A stretch of DNA of 64,000 nucleotides from Oryzomicrobium sp. (lineage in GTDB: Bacteria > Pseudomonadota > Gammaproteobacteria > Burkholderiales > Rhodocyclaceae). Position numbers and translations under genes: made by a program. Under the pieces are notes generated by a model, which was given only the letters and a program-made list of their open reading frames with translations, made no database searches and had not been told where the DNA came from. The stretch spans positions 84,340 to 148,339 of the forward strand of contig NZ_JAJTBG010000007.1 in NCBI RefSeq assembly GCF_021287045.1. The letters are read 5' to 3'. Positions 1 to 12,816 of the stretch are shown here, in pieces. The first letter of the stretch is position 1, and the number at the start of each line of letters is the position of its first letter.

Positions 1-977
<977 letters not shown>

Positions 978-999
978 CGCAACGGCCGCCAATTCCGCC

Positions 1000-1269
1000 A
1001 TGCGCTGCCCCAAATGCGGTAACGACGTACCCGCCGACGCCCTCTATTGCCCCCACTGCGCGGGTGACGAGGCGCCGGAGGATCGCCTGCGCCGCCTGCG
1101 GGCGGCGGGGCTGCGCGGCGCCCTGATCGGCGGCGCCGCCGGCGCTCTGGGCGGTGCCCTGGTGTGGTGGCTGATGGGCCACCAGCGCGGCGTGCCTGGC
1201 ATCGTCCTGTCGCTGGTGTTCGCCGGCGTGGCCACCGGCCTCGTCCTCGGGCTGGCCCGGCGACGCTGA
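1000..1269 (+). CDS. small zinc-ribbon membrane protein (hypothetical)
   Basis: 89-aa ORF with ATG at 1000. N-terminal CPKC...CPHC zinc-ribbon is followed by Gly/Ala/Leu-rich hydrophobic segments. Confidence 0.5.
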   Translation: MRCPKCGNDVPADALYCPHCAGDEAPEDRLRRLRAAGLRGALIGGAAGALGGALVWWLMGHQRGVPGIVLSLVFAGVATGLVLGLARRR

Positions 1270-1376
1270 CGCCACCGGCCCTGGGGCCGGCCTGCTCCCA
1301 TATCCCCGGACGGGGCCGTTTCAGCTCCGTCGCTTCTTCTTCGACTTCTTTCTTCGACCTTTGTCGCCGCGAAACG

Positions 1377-1691
1377 ATGTTTGCTGACAACCTGAAAAAG
1401 CTCCCCGGCATTTCCCACCTGGCCGCCATCAACCTGCTCGACGCCGACGGCAACGCCGTGGCCCTGCTCGAAAACAAGCCGGGCAGCGCCGGCTCCGTGG
1501 CGGTGTACAACCACCTGGCCCAGACTTACGGCGCCATCACCCCCCAGGCCGCCCAGAAGGGCCTGGAAATCTACGCCGAGCACACCGAGGACGCCCGTGC
1601 CAATCCGGGCAAGCACCCCAACATCGACCGCCTGCTCCAGATCATCGAAACCGGCATCACCCTGCGCATCAAGCACGTCTTCGCCGAGTAA
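1377..1691 (+). CDS. conserved hypothetical protein (104 aa)
   Basis: ATG 1377 lies inside track ORF 1164..1691, whose upstream part is Arg/Pro-rich GC artefact. The product MFADNLKKLPGISHLAAINLL... has normal composition. No function recognised. Confidence 0.55.
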   Translation: MFADNLKKLPGISHLAAINLLDADGNAVALLENKPGSAGSVAVYNHLAQTYGAITPQAAQKGLEIYAEHTEDARANPGKHPNIDRLLQIIETGITLRIKHVFAE

Positions 1692-1847
1692 GGCCGCAGG
1701 CTGCGGGCCGGGGCGGCTCTGTAACCTCGGTTACATGCTGCCCGCTAGGATCATGGAATAATGGTCCCGCTGCCCCGCCGGTGCTCCCGGCGGGCGCGGA
1801 CCGATCGTCCATCGACCCCTTCGGGGCCCAACAGGAGTCATAAAACA

Positions 1848-2306
1848 ATGAAGCTGCTCTCCCGCATCGCCTGCGCCGTCGTCTGCCTTGCCTGCACCGC
1901 CGGCGCCCACGCCCAGATGAAGACCGAGGATGCCATCAAGTTCCGCCAGTCCGCCTACGGCTTCCTGGCCTGGAACATGGGCAAGATCAAGGCCAACCTG
2001 GACGGCAATTTCAACAAGGAACAGGTGGCCAACGCCGCCCGCGCCATCGCCACCGTGGCCAATTCCGGCATGGGCGCCCTGTACGTGCCGGGCAGCGACA
2101 AGGGGGCTGGCTGGAAGGAAACCCGCCTCAAGTCCGAGTTCTTCGCCCAGCAGGAAGAGGCCGGCAAGCTGGCCCGCGCCTTCGGCGCCGCCGCCAACGA
2201 GCTGGAGAAGGTGGCTGCCACTGGCGACGTGGCTGCGATCAAGGCCCAGTTCGGCAAGACCGGCGAGACCTGCAAGGGCTGCCACGACAAGTTCCGCAAG
2301 GACTGA
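1848..2306 (+). CDS. cytochrome c' (class II c-type cytochrome)
   Basis: ATG 1848 with signal peptide MKLLSRIACAVVCLACTAGAHA. A single C-terminal haem site CKGCH fits the cytochrome c' family. Confidence 0.85.
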   Translation: MKLLSRIACAVVCLACTAGAHAQMKTEDAIKFRQSAYGFLAWNMGKIKANLDGNFNKEQVANAARAIATVANSGMGALYVPGSDKGAGWKETRLKSEFFAQQEEAGKLARAFGAAANELEKVAATGDVAAIKAQFGKTGETCKGCHDKFRKD

Positions 2307-2354
2307 TCCTGTTCCGGACGGCGGCCATCAGGCTGCCGGCTGCCGCCGAAAACG

Positions 2355-2391
2355 AAAAAGCCGCCGGATATCCGATATCCGGCGGCTTTTT
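2355..2391. terminator. bidirectional rho-independent terminator between convergent genes
   Basis: AAAAAGCCGCCGGATATC/GATATCCGGCGGCTTTTT forms a perfect GC-rich palindrome flanked by an A-run and a T-run. Confidence 0.75.
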
Positions 2392-2415
2392 CGTTGCTGC
2401 CCGCTGTGGCGGGGC

Positions 2416-3126
2416 CTACCAGCTGGGCGTTTCCACCGCGGCAGGGGGCGGCGGGGGAGGGGAAAAGGTCTGGCTGGCCCAGCCACTGCCCACCGCCCAG
2501 GCCACGCCGCCGGCGATCGCGGCGGCGGCCAGGAAGGCCACGGGACCGCCACCCTGGGCCGAGCGGCTGTGGGCGGGCGCATCGTGCTTCCAGCCGGTGA
2601 CCATGGGGGTCAGCAGGTCGTGCCGCTTCACCCGGCGGTAGTAGGCCACCGCCAGTACGTGGACGACCACCAGGGCGATGAGCAGGTTGGACAGCAGCTT
2701 GTGCACGCCGGTGAGCCGGTTCGACAGTCCGGCATCCACCAGGGCGTAGAGATGGCCGGTGAAGGCGATGTCGTCGTTGGCGAACAGGCCGGTGCCCACC
2801 TGGATGCCCACCAGGCCGAGCAGGGCCAGCACCGACAGGGCGCCCAGGGGATTGTGGCCGATGCCCTGCCACTGGCCGCGCAGGTAGCGGGCGATGGCGC
2901 CCGGGCCGGCGACGAACTGGCTGAAGCGGGCGTAGGTGGAGCCGATCACCCCCCAAATGAGGCGGAACACCACCAGGCCGAGAATTAGCACGCCCAGGCG
3001 GCCGTGCCAGACGATCAGGTTGCCCCCGATCTGACCGGTGATGAACGCCGCCGCGAAGGCGGCCAGCAGCAGCCAGTGGAAAAGGCGGGTTGGCAGGTCC
3101 CACAGGTAGATGCGTTGCGCGCTCAT
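2416..3126 (-). CDS. cytochrome b561 family membrane protein
   Basis: Start MSAQRIYLWDLPTRLFHWLL (ATG ending at 3126, GGGAGA RBS upstream). Multiple TM helices with conserved His residues, as in cytochrome b561 and the hydrogenase b-type cytochrome family. Convergent with cytochrome c', a common pairing. Confidence 0.8.
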   Translation of the reverse strand: MSAQRIYLWDLPTRLFHWLLLAAFAAAFITGQIGGNLIVWHGRLGVLILGLVVFRLIWGVIGSTYARFSQFVAGPGAIARYLRGQWQGIGHNPLGALSVLALLGLVGIQVGTGLFANDDIAFTGHLYALVDAGLSNRLTGVHKLLSNLLIALVVVHVLAVAYYRRVKRHDLLTPMVTGWKHDAPAHSRSAQGGGPVAFLAAAAIAGGVAWAVGSGWASQTFSPPPPPPAAVETPSW

Positions 3127-3324
3127 CGGCCGGTTTCTCCCATGAAAAAGACGGTTCATTGGTTCAGTTTACCGCGAAGCCGGTGGGTGACCCCGTGGAA
3201 CATCCCAAGGGGGCGGCTGCCCAATCACATTGCACCAAGCACCAAGCGCAGCACGGCGATCCACCTGCCGGGCGTGGCCAGGCATGGCGGACCGACCTCC
3301 ACGCAGCCAATGAGGAACGTCATC

Positions 3325-3708
3325 ATGAAAAGCACGCATCTGTACGGGCTGGCATTGGCCAGCCTGCTGTCCCTGACCGCCTGTGCCACCCCCGGCGACA
3401 CCATGGCGCCCGCCCGCTTGCAGGGCGGCATGCTGGTCGGGGCCAACGGCATGACCCTCTACACCCTGGACCGGGACCCGGCGGACGGCTCGAAGAGCAC
3501 CTGCATCGGCCCCTGCTCCACCAACTGGCCGCCGCTCTACGCCGAGGCAGGCGCCAAGCCAATGGGGGCCTGGACCCTGGTCACCCGCGACGACGGCCGC
3601 CAGCAATGGGCCTACAAGGGCAAGCCCCTGTATTACTGGAGCAAGGACAAGGCCCCCGGCGATGCCGGCGGCGAGGGCATGGCCAACGTCTGGCACGTGG
3701 CACGGTGA
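3325..3708 (+). CDS. lipoprotein with tandem Y-x-W/Y-x-x-D-type repeats (COG4315-like)
   Basis: ATG 3325 after a GAGGAA RBS. Lipobox LSLTAC is present. Repeated motifs GMTLYTLDRD and GKPLYYWSKD match this family as I recall it. Confidence 0.7.
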   Translation: MKSTHLYGLALASLLSLTACATPGDTMAPARLQGGMLVGANGMTLYTLDRDPADGSKSTCIGPCSTNWPPLYAEAGAKPMGAWTLVTRDDGRQQWAYKGKPLYYWSKDKAPGDAGGEGMANVWHVAR

Positions 3709-3873
3709 CTTGCTGGCCAACGTGTGTGCAGGAGCAAGCTGCCTGAAGCGCGGCGCATGGCAATCATCACGGGGGTAGGGGAGCGGGGGGCCTGCTAGAC
3801 TCCGGCTTTGCCTTCTGTTTGGAGAGGGCTTTTGCCCATAAGGGCCATTACCTTTCCTCCTTCGCCGCCGGAT

Positions 3874-6213
3874 ATGCCCGCCTCTTTTCGCCCCGCCGCT
3901 TCTTCCACCACTCCTCCACTTGAAGCCTTGACCCCCTTGGTCCGGGCTTTTTCTGCCGGACGCTACGATGAGGTGGTTGCCGGGGCACGGGGGCTGCTTG
4001 CCAGGGATGTCGGTAACGGTGTGCTCCACAAGCTGCTGGGCAGTGCCCTCCATGCCAAGGGAGAGGCTGCAGCGGCGGTGGATGCATTGCAGGCAGCTGC
4101 CCGCCTTCTTCCCGAAGATGCCCAGACGTTCAGCAATCTCGGCAACGCCCTGGCGGATTCCGGGCGTTTCGATGAAGCAGTAACGGTGCATCGACGGGCC
4201 ATCGAACTGCAACCCGATGCCTCCACTCACCGCTACAACCTGGGGTGTGCCTACCTGGCGTGGCAGCGCAAGGCTGAGGCCCTGGAACAGTTCTGGCTGG
4301 CGTTCGAGCGTGCTCCCGGGGATAGAATTCTCGCGCAGCTTTGTCGTGAGCTTGTGCTGGAATTGGGCGACACCAGCGTGCAGTTGGCATTTTGTCGTTT
4401 CAATGTCGCCTCCCTGCCGGATGACGATGCCGCCATGGGCATGCTGGGAGGCTTGCTACTTCAGGCCGGTGAGGATGCTGAGGCGGAAAGCTGGTTGCAG
4501 AAGGCCGTCGATCTCAATCCAGGCAACGCATTGGCCTGGTCCAATCTGTCTGTCGCATTGCAGAACCGGACGGCTCTCAAAGAAGCCGTGGCTGCCGGCA
4601 CCCGGGCCGTGGAACTGAAGCCAGAATGGGCCATGGCGCATAACAACCTGGGCACCGCCTTGCGTGAGGCCGGTGCGTTCGAGGAAGCGAAGGCGGTTTT
4701 CTTGCGTGCCCTGGAGCTCGATCCGGATTACGACCAGGCGTTCTATAACCTTGGCTGTGTCAGTGCGGATCTGGGCGACCAAGTTACGGCAAGAGGGGCC
4801 TTCATCGAGGCCGTGCAACGCACTCCCAGGGCTGACTGGCTGCTGCTGGCCGCCCATGCCTGCCGTCAGATGGTGGATTGGGAGGGGGCGGAGCTTCTCG
4901 AGGCGGCGATGGGCGAGCAGTTGGCCTCCGCCGATGCCCTGATGGCGCAGGGTGGGCTGCTTGTTTCTCCATTTGCATATCTCACGACTCCTGGAACCTC
5001 GGCCGGCGAACAGTTGCGGGTGGCACAGCATTTTGCTTCCCGTTGCGCACCGTCCACTACTTGTCCGCCGGTAGGGGGCGCGCACTTAACTTCCGGCAAG
5101 GCATTGCGCGTCGGCCTGCTTTCGTCGGATTTCCGCGATCATGCGACTGCACACCTGATGGTCGGCGTGCTGGAGGCACTCGATCCTGGTCGCTTCCAAC
5201 TGGTTGCCTACGACTTCAGTCCGGACCAACCGGATGCCTATCGGCAGCGCCTCCGCCAGGTCATCCCGGAATGGGTCGATATCCGGGCCTTGTCCGATTC
5301 CCAGGTGGCGGACCGGATTCGTGCGGACCGGATCGATATTGCCATCGACCTCAAGGGATGGACGCAGGGGTATCGCGCCCCCGTCCTGGCGCAACGCCCG
5401 GCAGCGTTGCAGATGCAGTGGCTAGGCTTTCCGGGAACCATGGGAGCACCGTGGATCGATTACATCATTGCCGACCCGGTGGTCATTCCCGTCGGGGCCG
5501 AGGCTGGCTACTCCGAACGGATTCTCCGTCTGCCCCATTGCTACCAGCCCAACGATTGCCACCGAGAAATAGGCCAGAACCCTGGCCGCCGTGCGTTGGG
5601 ATTGCCCGAGGATGCTTGGGTCCTGGCTGCGTTCCACCAGCCTTACAAGATTACCCGGGCGGTATTTTCACTGTGGATGCGTCTGCTGCAGCAGGTGCCT
5701 GACGCCGTGCTGTGGCTGCTCGACCTGCCTTCTGTGGCCAAGTCTGGCCTGCTGCAGGCGGCGGCGGAGGCCGGTGTGGACGAAGGGCGTCTCATTTGGG
5801 CGCCGCGCATGCCACTGGCCGATCACCTGGGCAGGATGGCATGCGCCGACCTTGCCCTGGATACCTACCCGGTCAATGCCCACACCACGGCCAGCGACGC
5901 CCTGTGGGCTGGGGTTCCCCAAGCGGCCTGCTGCGGCGATACCTTCGTCTCCCGAGTATCCGCCAGCGTGGTACAAGCTGCCGGCCTGCCGGAACTGGTG
6001 GCCGAGGGGGAAGCGGCTTATGAGGCCATGTTGCTCGCCCTGGCCCGGAATAGGGCGCATCTTGCGCTCTTGAGGAACCGCCTGGCCAGCCAGCGTCTTA
6101 CTTCTCCCTTGTTCGACAGCGCGGCATTTGCCAGCGCTGTTTCCCAAGGGCTCGAGCTAGCATGGCAGCGTTGCCAGCAAGGGCTACCGGCTGAACATCT
6201 GACTGTGTCGTGA
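3874..6213 (+). CDS. TPR-repeat protein with C-terminal O-GlcNAc-transferase (SPINDLY/GT41-like) domain
   Basis: N-terminal half shows repeated TPR-like A..Y/F..G..L....A motifs. C-terminal half (LRVGLLSSDFRDHATAHL...QMQWLGFPGTMG...DTYPVNAHTTASDALWAGVP) resembles bacterial SPY-family glycosyltransferases. Start is uncertain: TTG 3808 or ATG 3874. Confidence 0.8.
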   Translation: MPASFRPAASSTTPPLEALTPLVRAFSAGRYDEVVAGARGLLARDVGNGVLHKLLGSALHAKGEAAAAVDALQAAARLLPEDAQTFSNLGNALADSGRFDEAVTVHRRAIELQPDASTHRYNLGCAYLAWQRKAEALEQFWLAFERAPGDRILAQLCRELVLELGDTSVQLAFCRFNVASLPDDDAAMGMLGGLLLQAGEDAEAESWLQKAVDLNPGNALAWSNLSVALQNRTALKEAVAAGTRAVELKPEWAMAHNNLGTALREAGAFEEAKAVFLRALELDPDYDQAFYNLGCVSADLGDQVTARGAFIEAVQRTPRADWLLLAAHACRQMVDWEGAELLEAAMGEQLASADALMAQGGLLVSPFAYLTTPGTSAGEQLRVAQHFASRCAPSTTCPPVGGAHLTSGKALRVGLLSSDFRDHATAHLMVGVLEALDPGRFQLVAYDFSPDQPDAYRQRLRQVIPEWVDIRALSDSQVADRIRADRIDIAIDLKGWTQGYRAPVLAQRPAALQMQWLGFPGTMGAPWIDYIIADPVVIPVGAEAGYSERILRLPHCYQPNDCHREIGQNPGRRALGLPEDAWVLAAFHQPYKITRAVFSLWMRLLQQVPDAVLWLLDLPSVAKSGLLQAAAEAGVDEGRLIWAPRMPLADHLGRMACADLALDTYPVNAHTTASDALWAGVPQAACCGDTFVSRVSASVVQAAGLPELVAEGEAAYEAMLLALARNRAHLALLRNRLASQRLTSPLFDSAAFASAVSQGLELAWQRCQQGLPAEHLTVS

Positions 6214-6284
6214 GGTTGCGGGCACCAGGAGGCTGACCGTCTCGAGCGGAGGTGTACCGCACCTTCCTATGCTGAACAGGCAAA

Positions 6285-6320
6285 GAAAAAGCCGCGCCAT
6301 TGAGTGGCGCGGCTTTTTCT
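6285..6320. terminator. bidirectional rho-independent terminator
   Basis: AAAAAGCCGCGCC-attgagt-GGCGCGGCTTTTT lies between the convergent GT41-like gene and secF. Confidence 0.75.
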
Positions 6321-6340
6321 TTGGTGCAAGACCGGAAGGC

Positions 6341-7288
6341 TCAGACGCAGGCGCCGTCCTCGGTCATGTTGGGGTCCTTGGCCTTGGGGGGCTTGATGAA
6401 CTGTTCGCGGGAGACGCCCAGCCACATCACCAGGGGGCTGGCCACCAGCACCGACGAGTAGATGCCGAAGCAGATGCCGATGGTCAGGGCCATGGCGAAG
6501 TAGTGCAGGGTCTCGCCGCCGAACACCAGCATCGACAGCACCATCATCTGGGTCGAACCATGGGTGATGATGGTCCGGGAGATGGTGCTGGTGATGGCGT
6601 GGTCGAGCACCTGGGGCGTGGCCAGGCCGCGCACCTTCTTGAAGGTTTCGCGCACCCGGTCGAACACCACCACCGATTCGTTCACCGAGTAGCCCAGCAC
6701 CGCCAGCACCGCCGCCAGCACCGAGAGGGAGAATTCCCACTGGAAGAAGGCGAAGAAGCCCAGGATGATCACCACGTCGTGCAGGTTGGCGATGATCGCC
6801 GAGACGGCAAAGCGCCACTCGAAGCGGACCGCCAGGTAGATGACGATGCCGACGATCACCAGCAGCAGGGCCAGGGCGCCGTTCTCGGCCAGTTCGCGGC
6901 CCACCTGGGGGCCGACGAACTCGACGCGGGAGAGGTTGGCGCCGGGTACGCCGGCGTTGAGCACGTCCATCACCTGCTGGCCGATCTGGGCGCTCTGCTG
7001 GTCGGACTTGAGTGGCAGGCGGATCAGCACGTCCTGGCTGGACCCGAAGTTCTGCACGGCGAAGTCCGAATAGCCGGCCTTGCCCAGGGCGCCGCGGATG
7101 CCTTCCAGGTCGGCGGACTGCTCGTACTTGACCTCGATCAGGGTGCCGCCGGTGAATTCCACCGACAGGTGCAACCCGCGGTGGGCGAGAAAGAACACCG
7201 CCAGGGCGAAGGTGAGCAACGAGATGACGTTGAACACCAGCGCATGGCGCATGAAGGGGATGTCTTTCTTGATGCGGAAAAATTCCAT
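6341..7288 (-). CDS. secF: protein translocase subunit SecF
   Basis: 315-aa ORF. MEFFRIKKDIPFMRHALVFNVISLL...VEFTGGTLIEV and a six-TM SecF pattern, directly downstream of secD. Confidence 0.95.
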   Translation of the reverse strand: MEFFRIKKDIPFMRHALVFNVISLLTFALAVFFLAHRGLHLSVEFTGGTLIEVKYEQSADLEGIRGALGKAGYSDFAVQNFGSSQDVLIRLPLKSDQQSAQIGQQVMDVLNAGVPGANLSRVEFVGPQVGRELAENGALALLLVIVGIVIYLAVRFEWRFAVSAIIANLHDVVIILGFFAFFQWEFSLSVLAAVLAVLGYSVNESVVVFDRVRETFKKVRGLATPQVLDHAITSTISRTIITHGSTQMMVLSMLVFGGETLHYFAMALTIGICFGIYSSVLVASPLVMWLGVSREQFIKPPKAKDPNMTEDGACV

Positions 7289-7306
7289 GAGATCGTTCTC
7301 CCGGGC

Positions 7307-9181
7307 TTACTTGGCGACGGCGGTGGAGTTGCCGGGTTTCCACACCTGGCCGATATGCACCTTCTCCAGCTTCTTCTTGCGGCCGTACACCAGGTTGGTG
7401 ATGGCGCGGGAGATGACCACGGAGCTGAAGATGGAGGTGAGGATGCCGAGGCAGTGCACCACGGCGAAGCCGCGCACCGGGCCGGAGCCGAAGATGAGCA
7501 GGGCCACGCCGGCGATCAGGGTGGTGACGTTGGAGTCGAGAATGGTCGCCCAGGCGCGCTCGTAGCCGGCGGCGATGGCCGATTGGGGCGGCAGCCCGGC
7601 GCGCAGTTCCTCGCGCACCCGCTCGTTGATCAGCACGTTGGCGTCGATGGCCATGCCCAGGGTCAGGGCGATGGCGGCGATGCCGGGCAGGGTCAGGGTG
7701 GCTTGCAGCAGCGATAGCAGGGCCACCAGCAGCAGCAGGTTGGAGGCCAGGGCAGTCACCGAGATCAGGCCGAACACCTGGTAGTACACGATCATGAACA
7801 GGGCGATGGCGGCGAAGCCCCACAGGGTGGAGTGGAAGCCCTTGCTGATGTTCTCGGCGCCCAGGGACGGGCCGATGGTCCGTTCCTCGACGATGTCCAT
7901 CGGCGCGGCCAGGGAGCCGGCGCGCAGCAGCAGGGCGGTGTCGTTGGCTTCCTCGGTGCTCATGCGGCCGGAAATCTGCACCCGGCCGCCGCCGATTTCG
8001 GTGCGGATCACCGGGGCGGTGACCACTTCGCCCTTGCCCTTTTCAATGAGCAGGATGGCCATGCGCTTGCCCACGCTCTCCCGGGTGATGTCGCGGAAGA
8101 TGCGGGCGCCGGCGGCGTCCAGGGTGAGGTGCACGGCGGGCTCGTGGGTCTGGCCGTCGAAGCCCGGCTGGGCGTCGGTGAGACGGTCGCCGGTCAGCAC
8201 CACTTGCTTCTTCACCAGCAGCGGCAGACCGCCGCGTTCCTTGTACAGCTCGGTGCCGAAAGGCACCTGGCCGGCCAGGGCGGCGTCCAGGGCGCCCGGG
8301 GTGTCGTCCACCATGCGGATTTCCAGGGTGGCGGTGCGGCCCAGGATGTCCTTGGCCTTGGCCGTGTCCTGCACGCCGGGCAGTTGCACGACGATGCGGT
8401 CGGCGCCCTGCTGCTGGATCACCGGTTCGGCTACGCCCAATTCGTTGATCCGGTTGTGCAGGGTGGTGATGTTCTGCTTGAGGGCGAATTCCTGCAGGCG
8501 CTTGATGGCCTCGGGCTTGAGGGTAGCGGTCAGGGTCAGATCGCTGCCGCTGGTACCGTCGGCCAGGGTCAGATCCTGCTGGGCATCCTCGATGGCGCGG
8601 CGGCCGGCGGTGCGGGTGTCCTCGTCGCGGAAGCGGACGACCACCCGGTCGCCTTCCCGGTTGATGCCGGAATGGCGCACGTTCTTGTCGCGCAGCAGGG
8701 TGCGCAGGTCGGCGGCCAGGGAGTCCTGGCGCTTGGTCACGGCCCCCTTCATGTCCACCTGGAGCAGGAAGTGCACACCGCCGCGCAGGTCCAGGCCCAG
8801 GTACATGGGCAGGGCGTGCAGACTGGTGAGCCACTGGGGCGAGGCGGAGAGCAGGTTCAGGGCCACCACGTACTGGGGGTCCTGGGGATCGGTGTTGAGG
8901 GCCTTCTCCAGGGCGTCCTTGGCCTTGAGCTGGGTATCGGTATCGGCCAGACGGATCTTGACGCTGTTGGCGTCGAGCTGGATGCCGGTGGCGTTGAGAC
9001 CCGCCGCCTTGACGATGTCCTGGACCTGGGCTTCGAGCCGGGCGTCGGGCTTAAGGGTGGCCTTGGCGGAGGACACCTGCACGGCGGGGGATTCGCCGAA
9101 GAAGTTGGGCAGGGTGTAAATGAGGCCCAGCAACAGGGCCACAGCCACCGTGATGTATTTCCAGAGCGGGTAGCGGTTCAT
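7307..9181 (-). CDS. secD: protein translocase subunit SecD
   Basis: 624-aa ORF. MNRYPLWKYITVAVALLLGLIYTLPNFFG, a large periplasmic domain, then a C-terminal TM bundle typical of SecD. Confidence 0.95.
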   Translation of the reverse strand: MNRYPLWKYITVAVALLLGLIYTLPNFFGESPAVQVSSAKATLKPDARLEAQVQDIVKAAGLNATGIQLDANSVKIRLADTDTQLKAKDALEKALNTDPQDPQYVVALNLLSASPQWLTSLHALPMYLGLDLRGGVHFLLQVDMKGAVTKRQDSLAADLRTLLRDKNVRHSGINREGDRVVVRFRDEDTRTAGRRAIEDAQQDLTLADGTSGSDLTLTATLKPEAIKRLQEFALKQNITTLHNRINELGVAEPVIQQQGADRIVVQLPGVQDTAKAKDILGRTATLEIRMVDDTPGALDAALAGQVPFGTELYKERGGLPLLVKKQVVLTGDRLTDAQPGFDGQTHEPAVHLTLDAAGARIFRDITRESVGKRMAILLIEKGKGEVVTAPVIRTEIGGGRVQISGRMSTEEANDTALLLRAGSLAAPMDIVEERTIGPSLGAENISKGFHSTLWGFAAIALFMIVYYQVFGLISVTALASNLLLLVALLSLLQATLTLPGIAAIALTLGMAIDANVLINERVREELRAGLPPQSAIAAGYERAWATILDSNVTTLIAGVALLIFGSGPVRGFAVVHCLGILTSIFSSVVISRAITNLVYGRKKKLEKVHIGQVWKPGNSTAVAK

Positions 9182-9240
9182 GGTTTCAATGCGAGACAGG
9201 GAGCCGGCAGGAGGAGGGCGGGGAAGAAAGACGGGGGCGG

Positions 9241-9272
9241 CAAAAAAGCGAAAGGGGCGCTTGCGGCGCCCC
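9241..9272 (-). terminator. stem-loop plus T-run between yajC and secD (partial terminator or attenuator)
   Basis: Minus strand reads GGGGCGC-cgcaa-GCGCCCC followed by TTTCGCTTTTTT, just after the yajC stop. Confidence 0.55.
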
Positions 9273-9286
9273 CGGTTTCGTCCCGC

Positions 9287-9628
9287 TTACAGGGACTTCA
9301 GCGTGCCCTTGGGCAGCAGCACCTGCACGGCACCTTTTTGCACCACCAGTTCGACGGGGCCGTCCTTGCCTTCGGACACTTCCAGGTGGATGTAGTTGTC
9401 GCCCACCTTGGCGATGCGACCGACGATGCCGCCCTGGGTCACCACTTCGTCACCCTTTTGCAGGGCTTCGACCATGGCCTTCTGTTCCTTGGCGCGCTTC
9501 ATCTGGGGCCGGATCATCAGGAACCACAGCACGACGAACATCAGGATGATGGGCAGCAGCTGCATGAAGCTGTCGGCGGGACCGGCCGGGGCGGCCGCGG
9601 TCTGGGCGTGGGCGAGGGAAATCAGCAC
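9287..9628 (-). CDS. yajC: preprotein translocase subunit YajC
   Basis: 113-aa ORF with a single TM segment (LLPIILMFVVLWFLMIRPQMKRAKE) and a YajC-type C-terminus. GTG start with GGAGAA RBS. Sits in yajC-secD-secF synteny. Confidence 0.9.
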   Translation of the reverse strand: MLISLAHAQTAAAPAGPADSFMQLLPIILMFVVLWFLMIRPQMKRAKEQKAMVEALQKGDEVVTQGGIVGRIAKVGDNYIHLEVSEGKDGPVELVVQKGAVQVLLPKGTLKSL

Positions 9629-9814
9629 TGGGGTTCTCCGGTTCTGGTAATTGGCTAAAAGGTGGGGCCAGGCCGCGAAAATCGGGCCGGACCGGCAAAA
9701 ATTTAAGTCTGGAAGTGTATCACCGGCAGTGCCGGACCTTGATTAACCGTATGTAATTGGGGGCGGGCGGGCCGATTGCAAGGGGGCTGCGGCCGCGCGC
9801 CGCCAGCCGTCGTT

Positions 9815-12078
<2,264 letters not shown>

Positions 12079-12212
12079 ACAAAAGTGCACGAAAAGGATG
12101 GGGCCGCGGCTTGCCGCCCGGGGCGGGATACTGGATAATCCGCCTCCTTGCCAGGCCCCGCGGGCCGTTGCCGGAACTCCGGCAGATGCGCCCCGCGTCG
12201 CAGGCCACCCAT

Positions 12213-12297
12213 GCCGGGATGGCGGAATCGGTAGACGCAGCGGATTCAAAATCCGCCGCCGCAAGGTGTAAGGGTTCGAGTCCCTTTCCCGGCACCA
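12213..12297 (+). tRNA. tRNA-Leu (anticodon CAA), CCA encoded
   Basis: GCCGGGA acceptor pairs with TCCCGGC. D-arm GGCGGAATCGGTAGACGC, anticodon loop TTCAAAA, long variable arm CGCCGCAAGGTG, T-arm GGGTTCGAGTCCC, then ACCA. Confidence 0.9.
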
Positions 12298-12816
12298 AGC
12301 ATCGAAACGTCGATGCAGCAAAACCGCGCACTATACCCCTAAATACCCCATTAAATCAATGGGTTGTTTCGCTGCTTGGCTGCGTTGAGCACCTTCGGCG
12401 CACGCTGTCCGGTGGTGCGCCCATTCCCTCCCGGTTCTGTCCATGGGCAGAGCAAATCGGCGGGGGCTTTCTGCCCATTTCCCCTTCTCGTTAGTGCCGC
12501 TTTGCGCTGCCTTTAGCGCATGCGCAATGGTCAATGGTCTTCGCCAGACCGTTGTGGGCCGTTCACGTGCATCGAGCCCGCTGCGTCTGAGTACTGCCCC
12601 GAATACGGCGTTTTGTCAGACGGATACGCCCATTGAGATAGGTCTGGCAATACCAATTGGATATGTCAAATAAATAAATTTGACTGTACCCTGGCCCGCA
12701 GGATTGGTATGTGCCTGCGAAAAGGGGACGTAGTGGACGTTTGATCGCCGGCACACGCCGATCCGACTGGAACATGCCTCCGGGCATTTCACTCACTCAC
12801 ATCAGTGGAGGTCGGA

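Noticed and set aside
6267-9658. Large alternative-frame ORFs (6267..7823 -, 6269..7717 +, 7794..9119 +, 7832..9658 +) over secF and secD.
   Set aside because: Arg/Pro/Gly-rich or His/Gly/Asp-rich nonsense composition. The SecD and SecF frames are clearly the real ones.
12298-12816. Integrase gene, att direct repeat or small ORFs (12331..12534 -, 12443..12673 +, 12563..12796 -) next to tRNA-Leu.
   Set aside because: No tyrosine-recombinase-like translation appears in any frame. No second copy of the tRNA 3' end was spotted by eye, though this was not an exhaustive search. The small ORFs lack RBS and motifs.
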